Below, piece after piece: positions 61,801 to 64,000 of a stretch of DNA of 64,000 nucleotides; within the stretch, counting starts at the first letter, position 1; the number at the start of each line of letters is the position of its first letter. The notes beneath the pieces were generated by a model. That model was not told the DNA's origin. It saw nothing but the letters and a program-made list of their open reading frames with translations, and made no database searches. This DNA is from Amphiscolops sp. MND2022 (taxonomy: Eukaryota): contig OZ076409.1 of the NCBI GenBank assembly GCA_964187785.1, positions 45,324,001-45,388,000 on the forward strand. Reading direction: 5' to 3'. The position numbers and the translations under genes are program-made.

Positions 61801-64000
61801 GACATTGGCATCGCAGCCAACTCGGTCACTCAGCTAATACACAATATCAGAGCAGTTTTTTAATGCATCCGCAATGCAGGCCTGAAACTGACAATAGAAA
61901 AATGTCATTTTGGGGTGATCAGAGTAGAGTTCCTTTGAAGAACAATCACCCTCCTCAGAATAGCCCCTCAAGATCACAAAATCAAGAAATTCCTTGCCAA
62001 CGTCCGCTTCCCTTAAACACGCAAACAAATCCAAAGATACATTGGATTCATCAACTACTACCGAAATAATATACCGCGGCTATCAGAAAAATTGAGACAA
62101 TATTAAGAGCTCCTCAAAACTGAAACACAACTAACAATCACAGAAGAGCTACTGGATGACTACAACACCGCATTAGCAGACGCCTGTGGACTAGCACTTA
62201 AACAACCTATCACAGGACGACAATACGTCATCATGGCAGACGCCAGCTTCAGAACATCGGGATACGCACTAATGATAGAAGAACAGGATGAGAAAAAATT
62301 AACTTCCAGAAAGAAAACTTTCGCCCCAGTAGCAATTGGTTCAAAAGTATTTTTGCCTGCACAACTCAAAACGTCTATATACTGCAAGGAATTCCTAGCA
62401 ATTTACCATGCATTCCTCGAGTATAGCCATATACTATGGGAAACCACCTTACCTACATTAAACATGACGGATAACAGATCAGTCACTGGGTTTTTCCAAA
62501 CAAAAGCAATACCACCGACTCTACGAAACGCCTGTGACTACGTCCTCCAATTCAACTTCAGGATCACACACGTAGCAGGAACGCTCAACACGGCAGCAGA
62601 TTTCCTGTCCAGACTGGAGCTCACCCCAAAAGAAAAATTGAACTCAGCATCCGAGAAAACATACAAACCATCCCCATACAAATAAACATGCAATCAACCA
62701 ATGTAGCAGAAGAAGAACAACAGTTCTTCTTACCGGACGAAACAATAGAAACTGACGAAGAAATCTTATCCAGAAAACAACGTGCCAAAGAGCGCGCACA
62801 AGCAGAGGCCCAGGTTCTAATCACAGCGACAATCCAGGAAGCCAATATAATCCCTATCAACACAACGTCCTATGCACTAGGAGCCATTAAAGAAAACGCA
62901 CGAATCAGAAACGAACAAGATGCAGACATCATCCTAAAGGCAATCAAAGCTAAATTAGCAAACGAAGAACATGATGAACACTTACTAAAAACCAATCCGA
63001 TAGCACAGAAATTATTCAAACACGAAACCCGAATAATCATCAAAGACGGAGTGCTAATGCGCAAATATTACGGAGAATGTTTCCAAATTACCCACTACCA
63101 AATAACACTACCAACCCGAATCATTCCCGAGCTACTAAAAACCTTACATGGAGCAACAGCCAAACACCCAGGAATCCCAAAGACGATACAGGAGTGCCGA
63201 GCGAAACATTACCATCCAGGGTTAGCCAAACACATCAAAATATGGGTAACAAGCTGCCAGGAATGCATCAAATACAAGAGGATCAACACACGCCAAATAC
63301 GCCCAAAAATGATCAACCCCACAGACTTCTCAATGGGACCAGAAGACATACTCGAGATTGATATACTGCCCAACTTACCAAGCTCAGCAGGATATCAACA
63401 CATCATCACGATGATAGATGTATTCTCACGTTACCTTTTCGCATACCCAACGCAAAACATGACGGCACAAACAGTGGGAAAATGCATCATTGACGTTTTG
63501 ACGAGACACGCCTACCTTCCCAGCACAATAATTTCAGACAAAGGATCGCAGTTCACAGCAGAAGTAGTACAAGAGATAAGCAAGATACTAGACATAGAAA
63601 TTAGACACGCAACCACAAAACATGCGCAAACAATCGGCATCCTCGAAAGGACCCATGCCTCAATCAAAACTGCATTAAAAATCTCAAAAAGAGAAAGAAA
63701 ATCAGTGTGGCACAATTATGTACAAATTGCGGTTATGAATCACAACACAACGTAACACGAAAGCATTGGTTGTGAACCACAAACCGTTTTTCACGGACGC
63801 ATTCCCTACAACGCACTGGATCTCAAATTAGGGATCAAACCACAATGGCAGCATTAACGCAACACAGAGGTGGCAGACCAACTACAGAAACAGCTCAATG
63901 AGATGCAAAATGGAGTCAAGGAAAACCTAATGTTGTCATACATCAAATACGTGCGCTACTACGACAGAAAGGCGGACGCAACCCCTTTGAAGGTCAACGA
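58846..64000 (+). mobile_element. Ty3/Gypsy element (gag, pol), lightly decayed, running off the window end
   Basis: Gag PTFNGK..CFYCNKYGH and CDTCGKPH knuckles; protease GLVDSGA; RT RLLVDLREIN, LDCSQAY, YVDDI; RNase H MADAS..KEFLA..TDNRS..ADFLSR; integrase HPG, C..C, IDVFSRY, IISDKGSQF, GILERTH. Confidence 0.95.

Overview
Repeat-rich eukaryotic (invertebrate animal-like) genomic DNA; the species cannot be identified from sequence alone. Positions 400-11765 (minus strand) hold eight GT-AG-bounded coding exons of a histidyl-tRNA synthetase gene whose 3' end lies outside the window. Its first coding intron holds a candidate alternative exon for a mitochondrial presequence, and its large introns are filled with DINE-1/HINE-like elements, SINE fragments and a LINE fragment. 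Next come a decayed Polinton-type polymerase fragment (~12.6-13.0 kb) and an Ingi/I-group-like LINE (PHD-APE-RT-RNase H). A CR1/L2-group LINE is nested inside that element, part of the nest is duplicated in tandem (2003 bp), and the area carries six 2A-like (NPGP) motifs. After an SGNH-esterase ORF1 remnant there is an intact 143-aa orphan secreted-protein ORF (25853-26284) and a 1.3-kb tandem array. The second half is mostly decayed retroelements: a >13-kb Ty3/Gypsy element, a BEL/Pao element with LTRs, a second Gypsy remnant, a CRE-like remnant, and a third Gypsy with a -1 frameshift signal. The most striking item is the large Gypsy element: after pol it carries a chuvirus/herpesvirus-gB-like (class III) envelope remnant plus extra ORFs, i.e. 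a complex retrovirus-like organisation. All family assignments rest on manual translation and motif recognition, not database searches.
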